In this document: piece by piece, positions 7,906-15,000 of the stretch
Numbering within the stretch: the first letter of the stretch is position 1
Layout of the letters: each line of letters starts with the position of its first letter
Assembly (NCBI GenBank): GCA_037446135.1
Contig: JBBIJD010000023.1
Coordinates: 1 to 22,520, forward strand
Length of the DNA: 22,520 bases
Source of the DNA: Candidatus Fraserbacteria bacterium
Lineage (GTDB): Bacteria; Bipolaricaulota; Bipolaricaulia; RBG-16-55-9; JANLFV01
Direction of reading: 5' to 3'
Made by a program: the position numbers and the translations under genes
Notes under the pieces: model-generated
What the model was told of the DNA's origin: nothing
Seen by the model: only the letters and a program-made list of their open reading frames with translations
The model's database searches: none

Positions 7906-8442
7906 ATGCCCTCCTACTTTCTGGACACGAGTGCCCTGATCAAGTATTACCATGAAGAGAAAGGAACTGATCGGGTCAAGAGGATCATCGAGGGTCCAGA
8001 GGGAGGGAAGGTCTATATCTCCGAGCTCTCCCTCGTTGAGTTCCGCGCTGCTCTCTTCAGGAAGCTCCGCGCGGGGGTCATCACGATAGAAGACAGATTC
8101 GATGCGACCAATCTCCTCAACTCTGACATCCTGGAAGGAAGATTTCTGGTGATCCCAATCAGCTCCACCCATCTCCAGAAGGCGATAGGCCTTCTAGAAG
8201 ACCATGGTGATCGGTTCGCCTTGCGCACCTTGGACTCTCTTCAATTGGCAACGGCTCTAGCGCTCCAGGAGGGAGTGAAGGATAAACTCGAATTCGTATG
8301 CGCTGATCAACTCCTCCTTGAAGTCGCCGAGGAATGTGGCTTCCGGCCTCTAACCCCAAGCTGGCCGGAGGCGACGGAGGCCCCGGGCCTGCTTAAAGGC
8401 TTGGGGTCTCTTGGTTTTATAGTCCCCCCGCTTGCACGCTAA
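7906..8442 (+). CDS. vapC: PIN-domain VapC-family toxin with C-terminal read-through into repeat R5
   Basis: YFLDTSALIKYY..E.G, SELSLVEF, LRTLDSLQLATA and FVCADQLL motifs; the last ~30 aa are encoded by R5 and downstream DNA. Confidence 0.85.
   Translation: MPSYFLDTSALIKYYHEEKGTDRVKRIIEGPEGGKVYISELSLVEFRAALFRKLRAGVITIEDRFDATNLLNSDILEGRFLVIPISSTHLQKAIGLLEDHGDRFALRTLDSLQLATALALQEGVKDKLEFVCADQLLLEVAEECGFRPLTPSWPEATEAPGLLKGLGSLGFIVPPLAR
8347..8418 (+). repeat. Array repeat R5
   Basis: CCTCTAACCCCAAGCTGGCCGGAGGCGACGGAGGCCCCGGGCCTGCTTAAAGGCTTGGGGTCTCTTGGTTTT. Confidence 0.88.
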
Positions 8443-8461
8443 CGAGCATGAGGTGTAGAAT
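8432..8461 (+). promoter_or_regulatory. sigma70-type promoter of cassette 5
   Basis: TTGCAC-18 bp-TAGAAT. Confidence 0.55.
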
Positions 8462-8490
8462 TTTTTGAAAGCCATTGAGGCCGATCAAGG

Positions 8491-8772
8491 ATGGAAATCC
8501 GAATCGATCCGCATACCCTGAGGCGTGCTGAGGAACGAGGGGCGAGCGAAGAGGAGATTAAAGATGTGATCAATACCGGATTCCCCATCTCGGGCAAGTA
8601 TGGGCGAATGGGGAAGGCCAAGGTTTATGACTTCAAGCAGAAACGACATGGTAAGTACTATGAGCAAAAGAGGGTGGAAGTATTCTATACTATCGAGGGT
8701 GATGCTATAATAACTGTGACAGTCTATGTCTTCTACGGGAGATGGGAGGGAGAAGATGCAGATCCTGTATAA
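8491..8772 (+). CDS. DUF4258-family protein (predicted RelE-like nuclease toxin)
   Basis: IRIDPHTLRRAEERG.SEEEIKDVI..G ... VFY..EGD.IITVTVY pattern. Confidence 0.75.
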   Translation: MEIRIDPHTLRRAEERGASEEEIKDVINTGFPISGKYGRMGKAKVYDFKQKRHGKYYEQKRVEVFYTIEGDAIITVTVYVFYGRWEGEDADPV

Positions 8773-8980
8773 TGCTAAGACGGACTTGCTTTACCTGCGC
8801 CTGGACGACCGGAAGCAGCAGGTGATCAACAAACGGCTCTCCAAGGACATCGTACTAGACCTCGGGGAAGGTGACCGGATTGTCGGCATCGAGATTCTCG
8901 ATGCTTCCAAGCATTTAAGTTTGGAGAGGCTACTGCCTGTGAGATACGAAGTTTCGCCTGGGCCTGGGGCAGCGGTGTAG
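8756..8980 (+). CDS. DUF2283-family protein (predicted antitoxin)
   Basis: MQILYNAKTDLLYLRL...DIVLDL...RIVGIEILDASK; GGAGGG RBS; overlaps the upstream gene. Confidence 0.85.
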   Translation: MQILYNAKTDLLYLRLDDRKQQVINKRLSKDIVLDLGEGDRIVGIEILDASKHLSLERLLPVRYEVSPGPGAAV

Positions 8981-9082
8981 GGCGGGCTGGCTACGGCCCT
9001 CAAGAGATCACTGTTTAGCCACGATCCTTCGGGTCAGAAGGTCACAGAAGGTCGGGTCTTGCAAGCATACATCAATCTCCCC

Positions 9083-9155
9083 CCTATAGCCCCAAGCTGG
9101 CCGGGGGCAAGCGAAGCCCCGGGCTTAGCGAAGGCTTGGGGCCTCTTGGTTTTTT
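9083..9155 (+). repeat. Array repeat R6
   Basis: CCTATAGCCCCAAGCTGGCCGGGGGCAAGCGAAGCCCCGGGCTTAGCGAAGGCTTGGGGCCTCTTGGTTTTTT. Confidence 0.88.
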
Positions 9156-9213
9156 ACAATGCTGCCCACCGGCAGTTGCTCAGTTTGTTAGCGGCAAGGT
9201 TGGCACTCCATCG

Positions 9214-9242
9214 TTGAGTCCCGGTGTGACCCCCTGTATAAT
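9214..9242 (+). promoter_or_regulatory. sigma70-type promoter of cassette 6
   Basis: TTGAGT-17 bp-TATAAT. Confidence 0.65.
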
Positions 9243-9246
9243 CCCC

Positions 9247-9423
9247 CGAGACAGACTGGAGGTAGAGCACCCGGGCCAATTTGTCGCGATCGAGGTAGAA
9301 AGCGGTGACTATTTCCTAGGGACGACCATCCAGGAGGCTGATGAGAAGGCCTCTGCTAAGCATCCAGGTAGTGTCTTCTACATAGTCAGGATCGGCCGCC
9401 GAGCGGCTTGGGTGCGCCGGTGA
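9247..9423 (+). pseudogene. 5'-truncated DUF5678-like gene
   Basis: RDRLEVEHPGQFVAIEVESGDYFLG...AKHPGSVFYIVRIG is homologous to 10126-10410, but begins right after the -10 box with no start codon or RBS. Confidence 0.75.
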
Positions 9424-9518
9424 TCGAAGGCCATATCGACGGATACGGGCAGCCCAGGGTCAGGGTCGTCGTGGGCGGGGCCCGAAGAATGAGGCTAAAG
9501 GAGAGGAGGGAGCCATAA
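9420..9518 (+). pseudogene. 3'-truncated clan AA aspartyl-protease-like gene
   Basis: GTGA overlap, then MIEGHIDGYGQPRVRVVVGGARRMRLKERREP*; resembles the N-terminus of 10418-10786 (MIRGRV...PVIGLVL) but ends before the DTG motif. Confidence 0.6.
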
Positions 9519-9540
9519 CCCTACATCTGGCCTGAACCAT

Positions 9541-9589
9541 GGCCCTAAGCTGGCCGGAGGCGACGGAGGCCCCGGACCTCTTAGTTTTT
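9541..9589 (+). repeat. Array repeat R7 (central hairpin deleted)
   Basis: GGCCCTAAGCTGGCCGGAGGCGACGGAGGCCCCGG-ACCTCTTAGTTTTT; about 20 bp of loop and right arm missing. Confidence 0.85.
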
Positions 9590-9620
9590 GCTAACTGATT
9601 TCACAATCTCGAGCCCTTCC

Positions 9621-9650
9621 TTGAATTTGATCGGCTTCTCTAGCTAGAAT
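9621..9650 (+). promoter_or_regulatory. sigma70-type promoter of module 7a
   Basis: TTGAAT-18 bp-TAGAAT. Confidence 0.55.
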
Positions 9651-9680
9651 ACTCCGCCAAGAAGTTGAGAGAGGGATCAG

Positions 9681-9866
9681 ATGATGAGTAAGGTCAAGGA
9701 GCGCGCAGAGAAGCTGATCAGGGAGCTTCCCGACGATGTTGTGCAAGAGCTTCTCGAGGATCTAGAGGATGCGCTAGCTCTGGCCAAGGCCAAGGAGGAA
9801 GACACCGATAAGCTGCCTGAAGAGCTGCTTTCCGAAGGCGATCCGCGTCATCGCCGGTCTAGCTGA
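9681..9866 (+). CDS. Small acidic putative antitoxin (C-terminus probably fused to RelE remnant by deletion)
   Basis: MSKVKERAEKLIRELPDDVVQELLEDLEDALALAKAKEE; sits upstream of a RelE-like remnant. Confidence 0.55.
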   Translation: MMSKVKERAEKLIRELPDDVVQELLEDLEDALALAKAKEEDTDKLPEELLSEGDPRHRRSS

Positions 9867-10004
9867 TGATCCATGGCCTTGGGGATGCAGAAAGATTGGC
9901 CCGAAGAGCTGGAGGATCCGCCCTGAGGGACTAAAAGTTGACGATGACATAGACGAGGTCGTGGTCTACAGCGGGTGAGGCACCGACGGGAAGCTTATCG
10001 TTAA
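9807..10004 (+). pseudogene. Decayed RelE/ParE-family toxin
   Basis: Manual translation across frameshifts: DKLP.. / FPKAIRVIAGLADDPWPWGCRKIGPKSWRIR...VDDDIDEVVVY / RVRHRREAYR*; RelE/StbE motifs with no start codon and internal lesions. Confidence 0.75.
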
Positions 10005-10038
10005 GCCCACCTCTATTTAGCCTCCTCTCTCACCTTGT

Positions 10039-10068
10039 TTGAGCCCAGCCTCAGCCCTACGGTATAAT
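10039..10068 (+). promoter_or_regulatory. sigma70-type promoter of module 7b
   Basis: TTGAGC-18 bp-TATAAT. Confidence 0.6.
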
Positions 10069-10125
10069 CTCCCTGGCGGAGCCGATCGAGCTCGGCAGAG
10101 CACTGAAGTGAGGGATGCAACAGGC

Positions 10126-10410
10126 ATGGCTAGGGATGAGAAGAAGGAGCTGGAGCGGTTAAAATCCAGAGCGAGATACTCAACGGAGAAGATGAGCAAG
10201 CTCGCTTGGGAGCGGTATAGCGAGATAAAGGATGAGCTGGAGCCCGCTTACAAGGGGAAATACATGATGATTGAAGTCGAGAGCGGAGATTATTTTATAG
10301 GGGATACGGACATGGAGGCCTACCTGAAGGCTAAGGAGAAGCATCCAGATAAGGTATTCCACCTCATCAGGATCGGCTACGCCGCCGCCCATAAGTTGAA
10401 GAGGAGATAA
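10126..10410 (+). CDS. DUF5678-like small protein
   Basis: LEPAYKGKYMMIEVESGDYFIGDTDMEAYLKAKEKHPDKVFHLIRIG; ATG 10126 lies downstream of the promoter. Confidence 0.7.
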   Translation: MARDEKKELERLKSRARYSTEKMSKLAWERYSEIKDELEPAYKGKYMMIEVESGDYFIGDTDMEAYLKAKEKHPDKVFHLIRIGYAAAHKLKRR

Positions 10411-10417
10411 GCATGAG

Positions 10418-10786
10418 GTGATTCGAGGGAGAGTAACGGATCTGCTTGAACCGGTCATCGGGCTGGTTCTAAAGAGGGCGGGGCGCTTGAAGGAGATCGA
10501 AGCCATAGTAGATACAGGTTTCAGTGGATATCTTTGTCTCTCCCTGCGATATATCGCTGACATCTCACTTGAGTATGCTTTTACCGATGAGTTCGAGTTG
10601 GCTGATGGCCGCACGATTAGTGAAGATGTATTCCTAGGAGAGGTCATCTTCGACGGGGAGGAGAGGGAGATCTTTGTGGTATTCACTGCCTCGGAGGACT
10701 CATTGATCGGGGGATCGTTGCTTGCCGATCATGTCGTTACGATCGACTATCCGCGTCGGGAAGTGGTCATAAACTGGGGAGCGTGA
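10418..10786 (+). CDS. Single-domain clan AA (retropepsin-like) aspartic protease, AF_0612-like
   Basis: EAIVDTGFSGYL catalytic motif, ELADG flap, SLIGGSLL; GTG start. Confidence 0.85.
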   Translation: MIRGRVTDLLEPVIGLVLKRAGRLKEIEAIVDTGFSGYLCLSLRYIADISLEYAFTDEFELADGRTISEDVFLGEVIFDGEEREIFVVFTASEDSLIGGSLLADHVVTIDYPRREVVINWGA

Positions 10787-10799
10787 AGGGCGCGGCATC

Positions 10800-10874
10800 C
10801 AGCCTCGAGCCCCAAGCTGGCCGGAAACGAGCGAGGCCCCGGGCCTGCTTGAAGGCTTAGGGCCTTGTGGTTTT
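10800..10874 (+). repeat. Array repeat R8
   Basis: CAGCCTCGAGCCCCAAGCTGGCCGGAAACGAGCGAGGCCCCGGGCCTGCTTGAAGGCTTAGGGCCTTGTGGTTTT; CTGGCCGGAAACGAGCGAGGCCCCGGGCCT is identical to R1. Confidence 0.9.
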
Positions 10875-10966
10875 GGGGACTGACCTGACTCGCTCTCCCT
10901 GGCCTCTGGAGACTTCCCTCATAGTTACGATATAATCTTTGCGCGAGGACGAAGGAGGGACAGCCG

Positions 10967-11224
10967 ATGATGAAGATCGCCGAGAGGATCATCCTCGATC
11001 CTGAGATCTGTTTCGGGAAGCCGGTCATCGCCGGAACGCGGATCCCCGTGCACATGGTCCTGGAGCTCTTGGGCGAGGGCCTGAGCCCACGGGAGATCAT
11101 CGCAAGATGCTATTCCCATCTCACGGAAGAGGATATCCTCGCCTGCATCCGTTATGCGAACTCCTTGGTCAAGAACGAGGAGATCTGCATGGCGTCAATT
11201 GAAGATGATCAGATTCCTCGCTGA
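10967..11224 (+). CDS. DUF433-family antitoxin
   Basis: RIILDPEICFGKPVIAGTRIPV..VLELL..G....EII...Y.HLTEEDILACIRYA; AAGGAGG RBS; TATAAT at 10931-10936. Confidence 0.9.
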   Translation: MMKIAERIILDPEICFGKPVIAGTRIPVHMVLELLGEGLSPREIIARCYSHLTEEDILACIRYANSLVKNEEICMASIEDDQIPR

Positions 11225-11567
11225 TGAATGCATCTTCGACTGCACAGTAGCTTTCCTGCGGGATCGGGGATGGGAGGTAACGACGGTCAAGGAGCTAGGT
11301 CTGCAGGGTGCTAAAGACCCGCTAATCTTCTCTCAGGCCCAGGCGTTGGGTGCTGTTCTTCTCACTCGTGATCTGGAGTTCGGCGATATCAGGCGGTTCC
11401 CTCCATCGCGACACCAGGGGATCATCGTTCTGAAGATGACTTATCGGGACTCCCGGGAAGTTCATGCCACCTTAGGGAAACTGCTGGCGGAGACCGAGGA
11501 GGAAGGGTTCAAGGGGACGCTCTTCATAGTGGATCGGGAGAAGTGGCGGAGGCGGAAGAAGCCATAG
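11205..11567 (+). CDS. DUF5615-family PIN-like toxin
   Basis: MIRFLADECI...LRDRGWEV..V...GAKD..I...A......LLTRDLEFG; overlaps the DUF433 gene. Confidence 0.88.
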   Translation: MIRFLADECIFDCTVAFLRDRGWEVTTVKELGLQGAKDPLIFSQAQALGAVLLTRDLEFGDIRRFPPSRHQGIIVLKMTYRDSREVHATLGKLLAETEEEGFKGTLFIVDREKWRRRKKP

Positions 11568-11619
11568 GAAGGCCAAGCCCACACTGCCGCCTTGTGCGCA
11601 AGAGGAGGCTCATATCGAA

Positions 11620-11684
11620 CCCCTAACCGGCCGGAGACGACCGAAGCTCCGGGCCTGAGGCCACTGGGTTCTCGCTCTTATTTT
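11620..11684 (+). repeat. Array repeat R9 (most degenerate, distal boundary)
   Basis: CCCCTAACCGGCCGGAGACGACCGAAGCTCCGGGCCTGAGGCCACTGGGTTCTCGCTCTTATTTT, abutting the clpP stop. Confidence 0.75.
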
Positions 11685-11687
11685 ACT

Positions 11688-12311
11688 TTACTTAGTGTTC
11701 TTCTTCGGGCGGATGATCTCGTCGATGATCCCGTATTCTTGGGCCTCTTCCGGGGTCATGAAGAAGTCTCGGTCTGTATCCTTCTCGATCCGCTCGATCG
11801 GCTGGCCCGTATGCTGAGCCAAGATCCGATTGATCTGGTCCCGGACCTCCAGGAGGTGCTCGGCGTGGATCTTCACATCGGTCGCCTGGCCCTGGGCCAT
11901 CCCCATCGGCTGGTGGATCAAGATCCTCGAGTTCGGGAGCGAATAGCGCTTCCCTTTGGTCCCGGCCGCGAGGAGGACCGCCCCGATCGAGGCGGCCTGG
12001 CCGATGCAGATCGTCTTGACTGGGCTCTTGACGAACTGCATCGTATCGTAGATCGCCAGCCCGGCGGTCACCAGCCCCCCGGGGGTGTTGATGTAGAGGT
12101 TGATCTCCCGCTCGGAGTCCTTGGAGTCGAGGAAGAGCATCTGGGCGATCACCAGGTCCGCCATGTAATCGTCGATCACATCCTTGACGAAGATGATCCG
12201 CTCCTCCAGGAGCCGGGAGTAGATATCATAGACCCGCTCGAACTGGCCGGTCCGATCGATCACGAACGGGATCTGCATCCTGAACCTCAGGTCACCGCCA
12301 TTGCTGTTCAT
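11688..12311 (-). CDS. clpP: ATP-dependent Clp protease proteolytic subunit
   Basis: [27 protein letters not shown] (Ser), IHQP (His), DRD motifs; start could be 12278. Confidence 0.97.
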   Translation of the reverse strand: MNSNGGDLRFRMQIPFVIDRTGQFERVYDIYSRLLEERIIFVKDVIDDYMADLVIAQMLFLDSKDSEREINLYINTPGGLVTAGLAIYDTMQFVKSPVKTICIGQAASIGAVLLAAGTKGKRYSLPNSRILIHQPMGMAQGQATDVKIHAEHLLEVRDQINRILAQHTGQPIERIEKDTDRDFFMTPEEAQEYGIIDEIIRPKKNTK

Positions 12312-13525
12312 CCTCGCTCGCTCACCTTTCTGCCCGTGATCTTCGCGTTCTTGTAGAGGAAATCGAGGACCCGTTCATCCTCCAATTTCCGGCGGAATTC
12401 CTTCAATTTGCCCTCCCGCTCGAGGAGCCCCTTGAACTTAGCCGGCGAGAGCCCCTGTCGGGCGGCCTCTTCAGCTAAAGCGGCCTCGAACTCCTCCTCC
12501 GAGAGCTCTAGTCCCTCGCGGCGCTTGACGGCCTGGAGGACCAACTCCCGCTTGATAGCCCTCACCCGCCGGCGGCGCTCCTCCGCCAGGGCCTCCTCCT
12601 TGGGGAGGGGGAGCCCCCGCTCCTTGAGCAACTCCAGGTCCTCCTGGAGGGAGGTCTCGACCAGCCTCTCCGGGACGGCGAGCGGGGTCCGGTCGATCAG
12701 CTCGTCGAGGACCCGGAGCTTCATCTGCCAGGCATATTCCTGTGCTCGTCGCTCCTTCAGGTCCGCGCGGAGATGGGCCTCCAGCTCCGCGAGGCTGGCG
12801 TAGCCGAGCTCCTTGGCGAAGGCCTCATCGAGCGGTGGGAGCTCGACCCGCTTGAGCTCCTCGATCCTGAGCAAAGCCCTCTGGCCCCCGTCCAATGGGA
12901 GCTCGAGCTCCTCTCCGACCCCCTTCCCTAGGAGCTTATCGCCCTCTTCGATCTCCCACTCCACCTCCCGGCCCTCCCGAATGGTCCGCCCACGAGCATC
13001 AACGATTCGCTCGCTCACGATCGCCACATCCCCTACTTCGGCCTTGGCTTTATCCTCCTTGGGGAGGAGGACCGCATGCTCCCGACGGAGGCGGTCGAGC
13101 TGAGCTGCAAGCTCTTCTTGGGTCACCTCCGGCTCGGGGAGGGCCTCGACTGCGATCCCCAGGTAATCCTCGACCTCCACCTCGGGGAGGACCTCGACCT
13201 CGGCCTGGAAGATGAAGGGCTTCCCCTCCTCGAACTGGAGGACCCTGGCCTGGGGCTCCCCGACCGGGCGGAGCTCCAGCTCCTTGAGCGCTTGGGGGAG
13301 ATACTCTTGAATCAGCTCCTCCTGGGAGTCGCGGTAGAGGAAGTCCCTCCCGAACTGGGCCTCGAGCAGAGGACGCGGGACCCTTCCGGGCCGGAAGCCG
13401 GGGAGCCTCACCTGCTGGGCTACATGGCGATAGACCTCTTCCAACTTGCGGGCCACGACCTCCGGAGGGAGCTCGACCTCGACCACTCTAGTCGTGGGGC
13501 CTCTGGTCTCGACCTTCGTCTTCAT
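12308..13525 (-). CDS. tig: Trigger factor (reduced PPIase domain)
   Basis: [10 protein letters not shown] ribosome-binding signature; directly upstream of clpP. Confidence 0.93.
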   Translation of the reverse strand: MKTKVETRGPTTRVVEVELPPEVVARKLEEVYRHVAQQVRLPGFRPGRVPRPLLEAQFGRDFLYRDSQEELIQEYLPQALKELELRPVGEPQARVLQFEEGKPFIFQAEVEVLPEVEVEDYLGIAVEALPEPEVTQEELAAQLDRLRREHAVLLPKEDKAKAEVGDVAIVSERIVDARGRTIREGREVEWEIEEGDKLLGKGVGEELELPLDGGQRALLRIEELKRVELPPLDEAFAKELGYASLAELEAHLRADLKERRAQEYAWQMKLRVLDELIDRTPLAVPERLVETSLQEDLELLKERGLPLPKEEALAEERRRRVRAIKRELVLQAVKRREGLELSEEEFEAALAEEAARQGLSPAKFKGLLEREGKLKEFRRKLEDERVLDFLYKNAKITGRKVSERG

Positions 13526-13534
13526 CCGGATTTG

Positions 13535-13563
13535 ATTATAACTAGCCCAGAGCAGGGCCGCAA
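13535..13563 (-). promoter_or_regulatory. sigma70 promoter of tig-clpP (likely leaderless)
   Basis: TTGCGG-17 bp-TATAAT on -, 9 nt before ATG, no Shine-Dalgarno. Confidence 0.65.
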
Positions 13564-13577
13564 CGAGGTGGCTGAGC

Positions 13578-14942
13578 TCAATCGCCCTGCTTTAAGCCTA
13601 AGCCCAGGACGGCGGCCGCGGCATTGACCAGCCCGGAGCCCTGCTCCTCTCGGGGCAGGCCGAGCTCTTCCGCGGCCTGTTCGAGCCTTTCCCGGACTTC
13701 ACGGTTATCCCTGACCCCGGAGGAGATGAGGAGCGCGGCCGCGCCCGCGACATGGGGCGCAGCGAAGGAGGTCCCGCTCGCGAGCCTATAGCGCCCGCCG
13801 GGATAGGTAGTGGGGATCTCCTCCCCCGGGGCGGCGAGGTCCACCTCCGGGCCGAAGTTGCTGAAGGGAGCGAGCCGGTCGGCCTTGGTGGTGGCCGAGA
13901 CCGCGATCACTTCGGGGTAGGCCGCGGGGAAGAGGACGGCCCCGGACGACTCATTCCCCGCCGGGGCGATCAGGACCAAGCCGGCCGCCCAGGCGGCCCT
14001 CACGGCCTCCCTTAGGGCCTGGGAATCCTCAGGGGTCCCGAGGCTCATGTTCACGACATCCATCCCATGCTGGATGGCCCATTCTAGCCCCTTCACGACA
14101 TCGCTGATCGCCCCGTGGGCGTTCCCTCCCAGGACTTTGACCGCGTAGAGCTCGGCTTGCGGGGCTACGCCGACTAAGCCGAAGCCGTCCTCCGCAGCCG
14201 CGAGGACTCCCGCCACCTCCGTCCCATGGCCGTTATCGTCCCAAGGCTCAGGATCAAGGTTCACGAAGTCGTATCCGCCGCGATAGTTCACCCTAAGGTC
14301 GGGATGGTCCGGGTCAATGCCGCTATCGAGGAGGGCGATTTTCACCCCTTCGCCCTCATAGCCCTGGCTATCCGGCCTGATCCGGATGTAAGGGGGCTCG
14401 CAGCCGGCCAAAAGCAGGGCCAACCAGAGGGCTAAAAGGCCCAGGATGGCCCACCTCCACTTCTTCCGCCTGGGCCTGAGCCCGAGGAGTGCCAGTGCTA
14501 GGTAGACGAGGGCTCGTAGCCCCCTCCTCGGGGGATGATGGACCACCTCAGCATCGATCCGGTCTACTCCCCAGGGGAGCCATTCCCAGGTGAGCTTCAG
14601 CTCCTGAGCCAAAAGCGGCTCCGGGGCCGCGACCTCCCGATCGGGCTCGATGAACCGGATATAAGGGCTAGGGCTGGAGGCCAGCTGCTGGAGGGCCTCC
14701 TCAGGGAGCTCAACGAGGACGAGATCGATGAACTGGTAGCGATGCTCGATCCTGGCCCCGAGTGCGGCCAGCTCGGCCAAGGCCAGTAAGGTCGGGCTCG
14801 GGCTCCCGGCGGCCCGGCCTGGGCTTTGGTTATGGGTGAGGTCCAGCCCGATGAGGACCCGCACCGAGCTCGAGCCGAGGGCCGGGAGACTGAAGCCGAG
14901 GAGCACGAGTAGTAGCAGGAGGAGGAGCTTGAGCGGCCTCAT
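13578..14942 (-). CDS. Subtilisin-like S8 serine protease with signal peptide, I9-like prodomain and an internal hydrophobic insertion
   Basis: LLDSGID (Asp), NGHGTEVAG (His), SGTSFAAPHVAG (Ser); MRPLKLLLL... signal peptide. Confidence 0.92.
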   Translation of the reverse strand: MRPLKLLLLLLLVLLGFSLPALGSSSVRVLIGLDLTHNQSPGRAAGSPSPTLLALAELAALGARIEHRYQFIDLVLVELPEEALQQLASSPSPYIRFIEPDREVAAPEPLLAQELKLTWEWLPWGVDRIDAEVVHHPPRRGLRALVYLALALLGLRPRRKKWRWAILGLLALWLALLLAGCEPPYIRIRPDSQGYEGEGVKIALLDSGIDPDHPDLRVNYRGGYDFVNLDPEPWDDNGHGTEVAGVLAAAEDGFGLVGVAPQAELYAVKVLGGNAHGAISDVVKGLEWAIQHGMDVVNMSLGTPEDSQALREAVRAAWAAGLVLIAPAGNESSGAVLFPAAYPEVIAVSATTKADRLAPFSNFGPEVDLAAPGEEIPTTYPGGRYRLASGTSFAAPHVAGAAALLISSGVRDNREVRERLEQAAEELGLPREEQGSGLVNAAAAVLGLGLKQGD

Positions 14943-14949
14943 GGCCCCG

Positions 14950-14978
14950 ATGATAGTCCGGCTCTTAGAAGGAGGCAA
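14950..14978 (-). promoter_or_regulatory. sigma70 promoter of S8 protease (likely leaderless)
   Basis: TTGCCT-17 bp-TATCAT on -, 7 nt before ATG 14942. Confidence 0.6.
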
Positions 14979-15000
14979 GGCTCAGATCGATCAGGTCAGA

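Noticed and set aside
9136..9246. N-terminal part of ORF 9136..9423 in the ORF track
   Set aside because: It starts inside repeat R6 and spans the cassette promoter; only 9247-9423 is homologous to a protein family.
10039..10125. TTG start at 10039 for the DUF5678-like gene
   Set aside because: This TTG is the -35 box of the promoter; ATG 10126 fits better.
593..11684. CRISPR array interpretation of the recurring repeat
   Set aside because: Copies are ~70 bp, divergent, and separated by 0.4-5 kb of protein-coding genes; no cas genes.
593..11684. Classical integron with attC sites and intI
   Set aside because: No tyrosine recombinase ORF in the window; repeats lack consistent RYYYAAC/GTTRRRY ends and end in terminator-like T-tracts. 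Kept only as an analogy.
593..11684. Prophage or IS/MITE origin of the array
   Set aside because: No phage or transposase genes, no terminal inverted repeats with target-site duplications, and all copies share one orientation.
11592..12356. 254-aa + strand ORF
   Set aside because: Antisense shadow of clpP; no recognisable motifs.
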